DNA of 64,000 bases from assembly GCA_030704615.1 (NCBI GenBank), contig CM060731.1, positions 8,308,001 to 8,372,000 on the forward strand, given 5' to 3'. Both the position numbers and the translations under genes were made by a program. This DNA comes from Takakia lepidozioides (taxonomy: Eukaryota > Plantae > Bryophyta). A model generated the notes under the pieces. The model was given only the letters and a program-made list of their open reading frames with translations. It was not told the DNA's origin and made no database searches. Shown in pieces: positions 36,255-49,258 of the stretch (position 1 is the first letter of the stretch; each line of letters starts with the position of its first letter).

Positions 36255-39200
36255 TGTCGCGCACCTCACTTCGGTAAGCTCCCCGTCAAGTCATAGTTAC
36301 TCGCTTTGATGCGCGCGCCTGACTCCCAACCTGGCCGCCCGGGCCAACTTGGAGCTTCGGCTGCTCACCGGGACATAACGGTCCCCCTTCGCTTCTCTCT
36401 AAACCCTCCACCTATTTGGGACTAGGAGAATTCCCTTTGGTAGATGGCAGTCCGGAACAGCTCCCCACTCTTTGGTCGCTTTCCGGCCCGCTCGCTTACT
36501 CACTAGTTTTTGGTCACCAACGGGCTTGCACCGTTCTCGGGGTTACTACTCCCTATATATACTTCTGTAGCTGTCCGCGGGGGTTCCACAACCAGCCATG
36601 CCATTTTATGGCGAACCACCACGAAAACCCTCGACTCCCGGTGATGAGTCGCGGTGAGTCTTGGCGTGCTCACCACGGCCCCTATGGACCGTGATGAGTC
36701 CCAAGACTCCCCACGACTCCCACCACGAGGTCTCCGCCCCCATGGTGAGTCCTATGCTACCCCCACTAAGTCCCGCTAAGCTACCACCACCCCTTGTGGA
36801 GCCACCCCCACTGCAACCCGGTGAGCGGGGCTCCACCTAGTGAGCGCCTCCGCTTCCCTGAGTGCCTTGGGCACTCAAGGGTGCTTCAGCCCCCCATACC
36901 TATCGCTGCCGCTGCCCCCACCATAGGGGCAGCCCCTCATGTGTCCTGACCCCCTGCCCTCAAGGCAAAGGGCCGCGACACACACCCCTACCAACAGGGA
37001 GTCGATGTCCTCATCGACTTGTCCATTTTGTAGAAACGAACATCCAAGTTGTGGCGTCCCACATCAAGGAGTTTGTTTCCGTACCATGGCGTCCCATGGC
37101 AAAGAACCAAACCCCACACTTGATTCTACTCTCCACTAGTTAGTTCGGCCGACTTCCTCCAAGTCCCGGCCAAGGGTGGAGCCCCTCAAGCTCCTCCCAG
37201 TGCACTCTTCTTGGCCTACTTCAAGGCCAAGGAACGATCCTCCCCGAGGATCGAATCGCCTTACTGCAACAACATTGTTTGCGATCGCTCATGAGGCCGC
37301 TTTTGGCATCACCTTGAGCAAGGGTTCACCTGGAACCCTCTTTGACTAGGAAGATAATCTTGAACCAACCGTGCACCCCAATCACTGCAATTGGGTCCAC
37401 CTTGGAATGCTGGCCTGAGGTACGGGAACACGCCGAAGCCGCACTACGACTTCGTCCCGAGGCTACACGATTATAGTATGTGAACGGAAGCACGTAGCTT
37501 CCGCGTTAGCCCGCACTACAAGGCAACCCCCTCGGTAGCGTAGTTATAGTACGCGCACGCGCCAGGTGCGCACTAGCACGTGAACTCCCAAAGAAGGCGC
37601 AAGTTTCCTTGCCCCTTGGATGGGGGTCACCCGATTTCGGCACTACGCAAACACACGATTAACCCAATCTACCTCTCCCACTTTTATAAGCTAGCATGCA
37701 TTCTACACACTAGCCAACCATACCATGCATCACCATTCAAAACAAAATAGGACGCATAACATTTGGAATCCATTTCATTTATAGCACATTTTGTACAATA
37801 CAAGTTTTTGCAATCGGATTCCTAAACTAGCTAAACCGGGCTAAGCATGCATTTCCTCCCCCACGCTCCAAGGTTGATGTCCCCATCAACGCTTCTTCCG
37901 CTTTTGAGGTCGCCCTTCGAAAGCTGCAACCGCCTCGGACGCGTTTCCCATTTCTGAGGCACGCACCCAAGATGCCTCCACATGATGATAGCCCTTCCAT
38001 TTGACGAGATACTTCGTTTCTCGGTTCTTGAACCTCCTCAACTTAAGTATTGCCTCCACCTCGTACTCAGGTTAATTTTCATGATCCAACAGCATAGGTG
38101 GCGGACGCAACACTTGATGCCGATTCGGACGTGCTTCATCTTTGAAGTAAGGCTTTCAAAAGGGAGACATGGAATACTGGGTGCACCTTGCTGTTTGCCG
38201 GCAGCTCCAATTCATACACATCCTCATTCATAACCTTCCGAATGCGAAAGGGACCCGCATACGGAGGTATGAACTTCGGACTCACTTCCGGAGGTAGTCG
38301 GAAATTCTTGATGTTCAACCAGACCTCTGTGCCTGCCTCAAACTTCACTTCCCTCCACTTCCGATTCGCCTGCCTTTCATACCGTTTCCTAGCTTTGGCA
38401 ATGTTGTACTTTGCGAGCTTCAACAAACGCTCGCGTTCTTCCAGTACCGCCGCTACTGTCGGTTCCTCAACGTCCTGGGCGGCCCAACTTGTCGACACCA
38501 GAGGTGCTTTTCCATAGACCAATACGAAAGGGGAAACTCCCATTGCGGAGTGTTCTGTGTTATTATAACAGAACTCTGTCGCGTCTAAGTGTTCCACCCA
38601 GTCTGTTTAGTCTGCCGACACGTAATTCCGCAAGATCTGCTTCGCGACGGAATTCACTCTTTCTGTTTGGCCGTCAGTCGTAGGTCGGAAGGCGGTGCTC
38701 ATCTTCAGCCTTGTCCCCATCTTCTTCCAAAGTGCTCTCTAGAATTTACTCGTAAACTTTGGATCGCGGTCCGAGACAATATCCTTCGGGACTCCATGAT
38801 GCTTTAAGACGTGGGCGAAGTAAAGTCGCCCTGTCTCCTGCGCCATTGCCGTCTCCTTGGTGGGGATGAAATGGCCCATTTTACTGAACCTATCCACCAC
38901 CACCATGATTGCATCGAATCCTTTTGACAGCGGCATAATGGTCATGAAATCCATCGAGACGCTTTCCCAAGTCCCCTCTGGAATCGGCAAGGGTTGTAAC
39001 AGCCCCGCTTGCTTTTTGTACTCGCTCCGGTTTTGTTGGCATGTGGTGCATGTCTTGACGTACTCCTCTGCCTCCTCCCTCAGTTTGGGCCAGAAATACT
39101 CTTTCTTCAAGAGTGCCGGAGTGCGCTTGGCTCCGCCGTGGCCCGCAAGCGGGCTATCATGGCATTCTCTCAAGAGGCTATCTCTGATCCCTCCCTTCGG

Positions 39201-42200
39201 CACGTAGAGATGCTTTTGCTTATACCGGAGCAACCCATTTTGCAAGTGGAACTGCGATTTAACCCCCATTCTCAAGTCCTGCATCACGGACTTTGCCAGC
39301 TCATCCTTCCGGCAAGCCTTCCGGATCTTCCTTTGGAGTGCCGTCTCGCCCTTCTACACCAACAAGAGCTGCTGCTTTCTACTTAAAGCATCGGCCACCA
39401 CGTTGTCTCGTCCCGGTTTGTACTGGATATCCACGTCGAACACCGCCAAAGTATCTTGCCACCTAAGTTGTTGTCGCCCCCATCGGGCTCACCGGGATCA
39501 TCATCTTTTAGGCCGTTCCGCTTTCGCTTCGGCTTGCCCGACCCCATGATGAGGCCAATCCCAAGGACGATCGCGTACTGAACTCTAAGCTCTGATACCA
39601 AATGTCGCGCACCTCACTTCGGTAAACTCCCCTTCAAGTCATAGTTACTCGCTTTGATGCGCGCGCCTGACTCCCAACCTGGCCGCCGGGCCAACTTGGA
39701 GCTTCGGCTGCTCACCGAGACATAACGGTCCCCTCTCGCTTCCCTCTAAAACCCTCCACCTAATTGGGACTAGGAGAATTCCCTTTGGTAGATGGCAGTC
39801 CGGAACAGCTCCCCACTCTTTGGTCGCTTTCCGGCTCGCTCGCTTACTCACTAGTTTTTGGTCACCAACGGGCTTACACCGTTCTCGGGGTTACTACTCC
39901 CTATATATACTTCTGTAGCTGTCCGTGGGGGTTCCACAACCAGCCATGCCATTTTATGGCGAACCACCACGAAAACCCTCGACTCCCGGTGATGAGTCGC
40001 GGTGAGTCTTGGCCCGCTCACCACGGCCCCTATGGACCGTGATGAGTCCCAAAACTCCCCACGACTCCCACCACGAGGTCTCCGCCCCCATGGTGAGTCC
40101 TATGCCACCCCCACTAAGTCCCGCTAAGCTACCACCACCCCTTGTGGAGCCACCCCCACCGCAACCCGGTGTGCGGGGCTTCCACCTAGTGAGCGCCTCC
40201 GCTTCCCTGAGTGCCTTGGGCACTCAAGGGTGCTTCAGCCCCCCATACCTATCGCTGCCGCTGCCCCCACCACAGGGGCAGCCCCTCATGTGTCCCGACC
40301 CCCTGCCCTCAAGGCAAAGGGCCGCGACACAAAATTTCCATGTTGAATTCTGCAAGTTAGCTGGTTGAGTGAATCTAGTTTGGACTGACTTTGACATGAT
40401 ACTGCTATGTGGCAACAGGAAAGTATCAAAAAACAAGTAATAGACATGAGGAGAAGCTGTGGAATGAATACTTTTCTGCCCCCAGTCAATGATGGGACAA
40501 CCGAGGCAAAAAAATGAATGCCTGCTACATTTCAAAGAGTAGCAGACGCAATTGAGCATAGGAACTAGTGTGATAAGCTGAGTTGGGTGTTTCCTTGATC
40601 AAATGTAGGTTGTCATTGTCAGCTACTAGCAGCAAGACAAGGATGAATGCATGATTTGTGCAGGGGCATGGATAGCTGAAGGAGCAGGGATAGAGTGTGG
40701 TCCAGATTCATCCTAGAGGGCCAAATTTCAAGCACAAGATTACCTATGATTCCCTGTGGATCAATAACTACAAGAAACCTCCATGGGTAGATGGTCTATT
40801 CCATGGAACTCCCTGAAGTCTTGCATTATGAGGATCATAACTGCTTGACAGCTTACTTGCACGAGGCCTTGACCCTTAGGCAATTCCCAGAGCAGCAGTA
40901 GCTTTTGGGCTGCTTTTTTACTTTGTGTTTTTCATTTTGTCCCATAAGCTCTTTGAGCTTTCTGCAGATGTAATAAAGTACCATTTTATTTCATTTCATT
41001 CATTTTCATTTCATTTTGTTTCATGACATGTCTTTCATCGTTTGTGCATTTCTAATGCATAATTAGTTCTCTTGTATGGCATTACTAGTCGACTCACTAC
41101 AAACACCAAAACTCCAAAGCATGAATCACTATGAATGATTGTTCAAGTAATTTCGAGCACTTCATGTTGCGCCAACTTCCGCAGTCGCAATTGCCACTGA
41201 GCATGTAGCACTGCAAGTTATGTGTCGCGCACCTCACTTCGGTAAGCTCCATTTCAAGTCATAGTTACTCGCTCCGATGCGCGCGCCTAACTTCCTAACT
41301 GGCCGCCGGACCAACTCGGAGCTTCGGCTGCTCACCGGGACATAATGGTCCCCCTTCACTCTCCCACAAGACCCTCTCCCAATTTGGCCTAGTGGAAATT
41401 CCCTTTGGTCGATGGCAGTCCGGAATAGCTCCCCACACCCTGGTCGCTTTTCGGCTCGCACGCTTACTCACTAGTTTTTGGTCACCAACGGGCTTGCACC
41501 GTTCTTGGGGTTACTACTCCCTATATATACTTCTGTGACTGTCCGCAGGGGTTTCACAAACAACCATGCCATTTTATGGCGAACCACCACGAAAACCCTC
41601 GATTCCCGGTGATGAGTCGCGGTGAGTCTTGGCCCACTCACCACGATCCCACTGGACCGTGATGAGTCCCAAGACTCCCCACGACTCCCACCACAAGGTC
41701 TCCGCCCCCATGGTGAGTCCTATGCCACCCCCACTAAGTCCCACTAAGCTACCACCACCCCTTGTGGAGCCACCCCCACCGCAACTCGGTGTGCGGGGCT
41801 TCACCCAGTGAGCGCCCCTGCCTCCTTGAGTGCCTTAGGCACTCAAGGGTGCTTCAGCCCCCCCGTACCTATTGCTTCCACTACCCCCACCACAGGGGCA
41901 GCTCCTCCTGCGTCCCGACCCCCTGCCCTCGAGGCAAAGGGCCGCGACACACACCCCTACCAACAGGGAGTCGATGTCCTCATCGACTTGTCCATTTTGT
42001 AGAAACGAACATCCAAGTTGTGGCGTCCCACATCAAGGAATTTGTTTCCGCACCATGGCGTCCTATGGCTAAGAACCAAATCCCCACTTGACTCTTCTCT
42101 CCACTAGCTAGTTCGCCCGACTTTCTCCAAGTCCCGGCCAAGGGTGGAGCCTCTCAAGCTCCTCCCAGTGCACTCTTCTTGACCCACTTCAGGGCCAAGG

Positions 42201-43154
42201 AACGATCCTCCCTGAGGATCGAATCGCCTTACTGCAACAACATTTGCTTGCGACCGCTCGTGATGTCGCTTTTGGCATCACCTTGAGCAAGGGTTCGTCT
42301 TGAACCCTTTTTTACTAGGAAGATAACCTTGAACCAACCGTGCACAAACTCGCTTCGGCTTGCCCGACCCCATGATGAGGCCAATCCCAAGGACGATCGC
42401 GTACTAAACTCTAAGCTTTGATACCAAATGTCGCGCACCTCACTTCGGTAAGCTCCCCGTCAAGTCATAGTTACTCGCTTTGATGCGCGCGCCTGACTCC
42501 CAACCTGGCCGCCCGGGCCAACTTGGAGCTTCGGCTGCTCACCGGGACATAACGGTCCCCCTTCGCTTCCCTCTAAACCCTCCACCTATTTGGGACTAGG
42601 AGAATTCCCTTTGGTAGATGGCAGTCCGGAACAGCTCCCCACTCTTTGGTCGCTTTCCGGCCCGCTCGCTTACTCACTAGTTTTTGGTCACCAACGGGCT
42701 TGCACCGTTCTCGGGGTTACTACTCCCTATATATACTTCTGTAGCTGTCCGCGGGGGTTTCACAACCAGCCATGCCATTTTATGGCGAACCACCACGAAA
42801 ACCCTCGACTCCCGGTGATGAGTCGCGGTGAGTCTTGGCCCGCTCACCACGGCCCCTATGGACCGTGATGAGTCCCAAGACTCCCCACGACTCCCACCAC
42901 GAGGTCTCCGCCCCCATGGTGAGTCATATGCCACCCCCACTAAGTCCCGCTAAGCTACCACCACCCCTTGTGGAGCCACCCCCACCGCAACCCGGTGTGC
43001 GGGGCTCCACCTAGTGAGCGCCTCCGCTTCCCTGAGTGCCTTGGGCACTCAAGGGTGCTTCAGCCCCCCATACCTATCGCTGCCGCTGCCCCCACCACAG
43101 GGGCAGCCCCTCATGTGTCCCGACCCCCTGCCCTCAAGGCAAAGGGCCGCAACA
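36255..43154 (-). mobile_element. Composite chromovirus-type Gypsy insertion with four ~726-bp LTRs
   Basis: LTRs at 36255-36980, 39603-40329, 41223-41949 and 42429-43154 (TGTCGCG...CGCGACA). Met-tRNA PBS TGGTATCAGAGC (minus) next to LTR2 and a one-mismatch copy next to LTR4. 5-bp TSD TCCCC at 36250-36254 and 43155-43159 only. Confidence 0.92.
37880..39470 (-). pseudogene. Chromovirus integrase + chromodomain (gag-RT deleted)
   Basis: ECHDSPLAGH..C.TCQ, VSMDF, VVVDRFSKMGHF, IVSDRDPKFTS, GPFRI, VHPVFHVSLLK; chromodomain YEVEAIL...YLVKWKGY...ASW at about 37930-38070. Contains stops and frameshifts. Confidence 0.9.
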
Positions 43155-43606
43155 TCCCCGGAAAGATCAACACATCACTGGGACAAAAAGGAAATTCAGA
43201 GTCAGGGATACCCGTGATGAGCTCTTCCCAAGTGGGATCCTGGGTAGGGGCTGGCGGAACTCGAGGCCTTAAATTAGCAAGCAGGATAGATGTTCCCCCT
43301 TTAACCAGTTCCCACAACCGCAGAGGGCTCGGCTTGTCAGGAGGCAGGAAGCTCTCAAGCTCCACTCCCAATTCCCTACTCACAGAGAATTGTGGAATGC
43401 CCAAGACAGCCCAGCTAAGCTTCTCACCACTCTCCAACTGCTCCTTGGCACTAGCAAGGGGGATTTGCAAAGTGACTTCATTGGAATGAAGTTTGAGGAG
43501 TAGGCGTGCAGCATAGGCTTCCTGAAGCGATTCACGAATGCGCCTGCTCTGCTCCCGCTGCTCTGCTTTGGTACGTATGGGCTTGCAGGCTTCCTTGTGC
43601 GCAGTG

Positions 43607-44924
43607 TCAAGTTATTTTACCACTAGTGTGAAACTAGCTAGGAAATAACTAGCTTTTACATATTGACATTTGGGATTGGCCCAAGTGTCAATCCAGGGGT
43701 CAAGGCAGATTTAGGCCCTAGAGTGGTTATCTTTACGGCAAGCGCGGGAGGCTCATCTTTCTCAAGTTGAGCCTCACCGCGCCTAGCTATGGCGCCGTAG
43801 TGTGGATTCCCCATGGCGTGGGATGCACTTGGCTTGACTTGTATTTGAGTGATGAGTTTATATATGCATGAGTTTATGCTTCAGCTTTGTGAGCTCGCAT
43901 GAGCTTGTGCTTGTATTCTTCCTCTTTATCACTCGAGAAAGATGAGCTCGTATCTGTGAGTGCCAGATACGAGTTAGTTGTAGCACTTGTGGTTTTTGCT
44001 TGAGGATGAGAGAAACCAGGTTGTTATACAAGGAGCACCGTGGAGCCCTTGGTTGTTAGAAGCGGAGGCGATGTGGGTTACGAGGTGGTAGACCTTGGCA
44101 TTCGATCGTCAGCTTCAGAGCTGAAAGCACCGTGCTGCAGGTAATTCCAGAGCACCTTGATGGTTTCAGATTGTGTATATGCATGAGCAAGCACAATTGG
44201 GAAGAGGACCAGTCAAGAGCAGGTTATAGTGGCTTTGGTGGCAAAGCTGAGAACTGGACTTGGGTCTCAAGTTATTTTACCACTAGTGTGAAACTAGCCA
44301 GAAAATAACTAGCTTTTACATATTGACATTTGGGATTGGCCCAAGTGTCAATCCAGGGGTCAAGGCAGATTTAGGCCCTAGAGTGGTTATCTTCACGGCA
44401 AGCGCGGGAGGCTCATCTTTCTCGAGTTGAGCCTCATCGCACCTAGCTATGGCGCCGTAGTATGGATTCCCCATGGCGTGGGGTGCACTTGGCTTGACTT
44501 GTATTTGAGTGATGAGTTTATATATGCATGAGTTTATGCTTCAGCTTTGTGAGCTCGCATGAGCTTGTGCTTGTATTCTTCCTCTTTATCACTCGAGAAA
44601 GATGAGCTCGTATCTGTGAGTGCCAGATACGAGTTAGTTGTAGCACTTGTGGTTTTTGCTTGAGGATGAGAGAAACCAGGTTGTTATGCAAGGAGCACCG
44701 TGGAGCCCTTGGTTGTTAGAAGCGGAGGTGATGTGGGTTACGAGGTGGTAGACCTTGGCATTCGATCTTCAACATCAGAGATGAAAGCACCATGCCGCAG
44801 GTAATTCCAGAGCACCTTGATGGTTTCAGATTGTGTACATGCATGAGCAAGCATGATTGGGAAGAGGACCAGTCAAGAGCAGGTTATAGTGGCTTTGGTG
44901 GCAAAGCTGAGAACTGGACTTGGG
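43607..44924. repeat. 660-bp tandem duplication at the start of a probable LTR
   Basis: TCAAGTTATTTTACCACTAG at 43607 and 44267, with near-identical sequence at a 660-bp offset. Confidence 0.93.
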
Positions 44925-46029
44925 AATGCGAGCTTTCATTGTGTGAAGGATTGCAAGACCAAGCGAAAGGGCTGATTTGGCTTGGGGCAAATCAGTGCAA
45001 ATTTGTGGAGTATGTTGAGATTGGGTTTCAATCTCGAGCTTCAGCATTGAGAGGGCTCTTGTCCTGGCAAGAGCAAAACTGGAACAGGAGCTAAGAGGTG
45101 CGGCAAGGCCATGGAATGTGCACCTAGGGTTTCAAAGCTTGGAAGAAGAGCTCTTGCACCACAAGATGAGTGTCTTGTGGCTGGAAATGTAAGCCTTAGG
45201 GTTTCAGGAGCTTAACAAATGTTGTGGAGTGCGTAGTCTTGTCTTAGAGAGCATCAAGGAGCCAAGAAGCCAAGATAGGGGGTTGATACCTCTTGTGTGA
45301 AGAGGTTGCATGTGTGGAGCATGTATTCAGCTCATTGAAGCTTCCATCTTCAAGCTTGGAGGGCAAGCAAGGAAGAGGGAAGGGCTGACTTCCTTTATGT
45401 GAGGGCAATGCATGTGTGGAGCATGCTTTCGGCCTGTTGAAGGCTTGTACTTTCAAATTTGGGAGGGCAAGAAAGGAAGGAAGGGGCTGGTTTCCCTGTG
45501 GGGCATGTGTGGAGCATGCCTTCAGTCCATAGGGCTTTTGTTTTCAAGCTTTAGAGAACTAGAAGAGAAGGTAAGGGGCTGATCTGCTCTTATATGACAG
45601 TCTGACACTTGTAGAGCGTATTCTGAGTTGGGGTTTCAACCTCAAGCCTAGATAGAGCATGGCTCTTGAAGTGACAGGTGTAGGGGGCTGGAATAGGCTC
45701 TAAGACAGATGTTATGGCCAAGGAAAACACTTGAATGAGTGTTCACAAGGGCTGGAAACCAACAAGGCTTGGTTGTTTGCCATTGAGTTTAGTGGCGTGT
45801 TTGGGGAGTCTAAGTGAGAAAGAAGGCTTGGTTTGTGGCAACCATCTTCCTCATAGCTTAGGGCTACTATTGGTGGTGTGTGGGAGCCGAAAGAGCAAGA
45901 ATATCTTGCTGATTTCTTCACAACCGCCATAGCTCGGTGCAAAGAAGCCTAGAGTCCAAGAGACACAAACCCTAGCTTGGCGTGGCTAAACCCCTTGGAG
46001 AAATGGCTAAACTGCCATGAGTGGCCATG

Positions 46030-46625
46030 GATGGGGCTGTGATGGGCTGTGAGGGGCTGTTACAGGCTGTGCCCTGTGGCTTGTGGGGCTGTGACGGGCT
46101 GTGATGGGCTGTGGCGGGCTGTGACAGGCTGTGCCCTGTGGCCTTTGGGGCTGTGATGGGTTGTGAGGGGCTGTGACAGACTGTGCCCTGTGGGGCTGTG
46201 ACGGGCTGTGGCCTTTGGGGCTGTGACCCCTCTGACCTGTGTAGGGCTGTGACAGGCTGTGATGGGCTGTGCCCTGTGGCCTGTGGGGCTGTGACGGGCT
46301 GTGACACGCTGTGGCCTTTGGGGCTGTGACCCCTCTGACCTGTGTAGGGCTGTGACAGGCTGTGACAGGCTGTGCCTTGGCCTTTGGGGCTATGACGGGC
46401 TGTGACAGGCTTTGATCTGTGGCCTGTGGGGCTGTGAGGGGCTGTGACCTTGTGACCTGTGTAGGGCTGTGACAGGCTGTGTCATGCTGTGACCTGTGGC
46501 TTTTGGGGTTGTGACGGGCTGTGATAGGCTGTGGCCTGTGTGGGGCTGTGACGGCTGTGACCAGTGATCTGTGTGGGCCTGTGCTGGTCTGTGGTGGCCC
46601 GTGTTGACCTGTGGATGGCCTGGGC
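46030..46625. repeat. G-rich GGGCTGTGAC-type minisatellite
   Basis: Dozens of degenerate 9-11-bp units built on GGCTGTG. Confidence 0.92.
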
Positions 46626-47469
46626 TGACTCGTGGAGGCACTGGTGGACTGCCTAAGGATTGACATGTGGTCTTGAAGGCCGAATTTTGAAGCTCGTGGA
46701 GGGCGGTTTGAGGAGTATCTTCATGATATTGTGAGGCTGGGGTGATGACCAGTCAGACCATCATTGTTTCTCATGTGGTGAGGTTGGAGGTGATGACCAG
46801 CCAACCATAGGAGTGCTTGCGGTGGATGCAGGTATAGGTGTAGGCTATGTTAGGAAACTAGTATTCCAAACCATAAGCCGCAACAGGTTCTCTACCCGGT
46901 TACCTTGTGGAGAGGGGGTTAGGAACATGTTCATGACCGGTTGAGTAACAGTTTGTCAACACGGAGGTGCCACTAGTTGCTGGGGACAGTGCCGGTTCGA
47001 GCACTAGCGATACTAGTGGATACACGAGACGAGGTGTGCGGTTTAGGCCACCTTCACCTCCTGTGTCTTCTACGGAAGGTTTTGATTCGGATTGTGAATC
47101 AAGAGGACTCACACCGGCGGTGCAAGTTGTTTCCTTGTCATTATTGTGGGACACAATGGAGGAGATGTATGGAGCTACCAAGGGGCCACGAAGGTACTCT
47201 GGGGCGGTGGGCACCATCAAGTTGGATGACTTTATCCAAGAGTTTGATAGTTGGTGTGATTTGCAGCAAATGCGCAATCCACAACTATTTACGCCTTTCA
47301 TGGCATGGAAGAGGCTGTTTCAGCACCAGTTCCCGTGCCTGCCTTCAACCCTATTGTGGAGTTCTTCGAAGAGTTGAGAGGGAACTACCAAGGGGTAAGG
47401 GTGAAAGCATGCTAATGTGTACCACTGACACTCCTGAAAAGGACTAAATTTTGACTGCTAGAGCGTGAC

Positions 47470-49258
47470 ACCGCGAAAGTCTGTCAAGAGAAGTGCGGAA
47501 TAGGTGACACACAAACGAGCGCTTGATAAACATTTGAGTACCAAGAGTCGTGCAGAAGACTGTACCATAGCTGGAGGAATGAGTCTGTTATGATTCCGAA
47601 GGAGTTTCTCTGTATTATTCATGACAAAATGGATCATAGGAAAACAGCTGTTCCAATGCTACAGACTCCAAATAAGATGATTTCTGGATTGGGTCAGCTT
47701 CCAGTTTCACTAACGGAAATGGTCACGCACGGACACGGTGATGGAGCTTACGGTCAGTATTCTCTTGAGTTCTGGAAGGGAAATTCAAACTTTACAATTG
47801 GTTCTTTGGCACGTTGTCTACGCCAGCTGGAGAAGCCAACCTGTCGCGAGTCCAGGAACATTTTCGATTACCGACTTCAAAACGAGTTCTTCGAATCACT
47901 TTTAAGAGGTAAATCGAGATGTTTGGATGCTCTTAAACCCTGCAGGCCGGAAGACAAACGTGGTGCTCGTCCACTTCTGATAAGACTGTACTTGCAAATG
48001 GACAACTCTACAAAGGACAATAAGAACAGATGGATGCTTGCTTTTCTATCCCTCCTGACCGCCAAAGATGTTTTTGAAGAAATCCAGCTAGGGTTCCTAA
48101 TGGTCGGACACACCCATGAGGACATCGACGGGTTCTTCAGCTACCTTTCGAAGAAGCTGAAGGAACGAAATACCTACATTCTTTCGGATTTGATGAGGTC
48201 TTTTATGACCTCGCAAGATCTGCAGTTCATTCCACAGATTATTCAGGAGGTTCCCGATTTCAAGAATTTTGTCAAGGGCTGTATTCTGGATGGAAAGGAG
48301 GTGTTGTCGGGGATTTCGGAGATGCACGTCTTCCGTTTTTTTAAGGATGCGGAGGGCTGGCCCGTCATGAAGTACAAGAAGTCTGCTACTGATTTGGATT
48401 GACTTCCAACAAACAATAGCGTGAAGATGTGGAAGTCCAATCCTGACGGGACTCCGAAGCTCCCTGAAGGAGACCCAGACGCCGTTCCAAGGAGACCTAT
48501 CTGGGGAGTCTGGGACGACTCCTCCGAAAAACAGTCATACATTTAAAGAATGGAATAAAAAAATACAGGGATTTTTGGACGAAAGGAATGATGCTTGACG
48601 ATCATTACAGAGGTCGAATGGAACAATATGACCAGTACTGGGGAAACATTCTCGCCGAGCTGGATAAGCCAATTCCAGAAGCTCCCGACCGTATTCAGCT
48701 TCTTGAGGGATTCTGGCCGAAAACAAATTGGTCCAAGAATCATCACAGAGATGGAATCCATCCACATATATTGCCAGATGTGGAAGAAGAGGATGAAATC
48801 CTAGAACCTTACTGTGGCCCGAGGTGTGAGCGACTAAGAATATCCCTGAATCCGTTCAAGAATATTGAGAAAGGGTTTTTTGTGCTTGTTCACCCTTATG
48901 ATCCAAGTACGTACCCGGTCTGGATGGGGTGGCAATATCTGACGTGATCCGCGAAAGGGATGATCCTAATTTTAAGAAGGTGAAGGTGGAGTGGTGGAGA
49001 CCGAGAAAAGGTGGTAACCCAACAGACTTGGAAAGGTACAGGGACTGTTGGTCAAAACTTTGGGAGTATAACTCGTCAGATCCTTCTCAATGGATCCACG
49101 TGAACAATGTTGTGTGGACAATGCCTCCACGAAAAAATACGACAAGGAATAGCAATAAGAGAATTACTGCCGCCGAAGCAGTGAAGGCGCGCGCTAATTT
49201 GGAGGAGGCTAATCGTCAGTTAGAAAACGAGTCGTGCGAGCGAGTTCCAGACCAATGA
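47470..49258 (+). mobile_element. Defective DDD-type (Sola-like/DUF7869-like) transposase remnant
   Basis: IIHDKMDH.KT..P, LYLQMDNSTKDNKN and FLMVGHTHEDIDGFFS motifs; stop at 48402 and downstream frameshifts. The superfamily name is from recall. Confidence 0.65.

Larger units (their letters stand above)
36002..43470 (-). pseudogene. Extra ORF upstream of gag in the host Gypsy, split by the chromovirus insertion
   Basis: 43470-43155 (..SDVLIFPG) continues in frame into 36250-36002 (MCFWRET..) once the insert and one TCCCC are removed. Confidence 0.5.
43605..47335 (+). mobile_element. Truncated third LTR retrotransposon (long LTR/leader + gag N-terminus)
   Basis: Starts with TG at 43605 where host sequence stops. 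The gag-like ORF 46967-47377 contains RRYSGAVGTIKLDDFIQEFDSWC. No second LTR or PBS identified. Confidence 0.5.

Noticed and set aside
36416-43489. Repeated Pro/Gly-rich ORFs
   Set aside because: They lie in GC-rich LTR copies and have no domain signature.
45972-46666. Pro/Ser/His-rich mucin-like ORFs
   Set aside because: Translations of the G-rich minisatellite, open in several frames.
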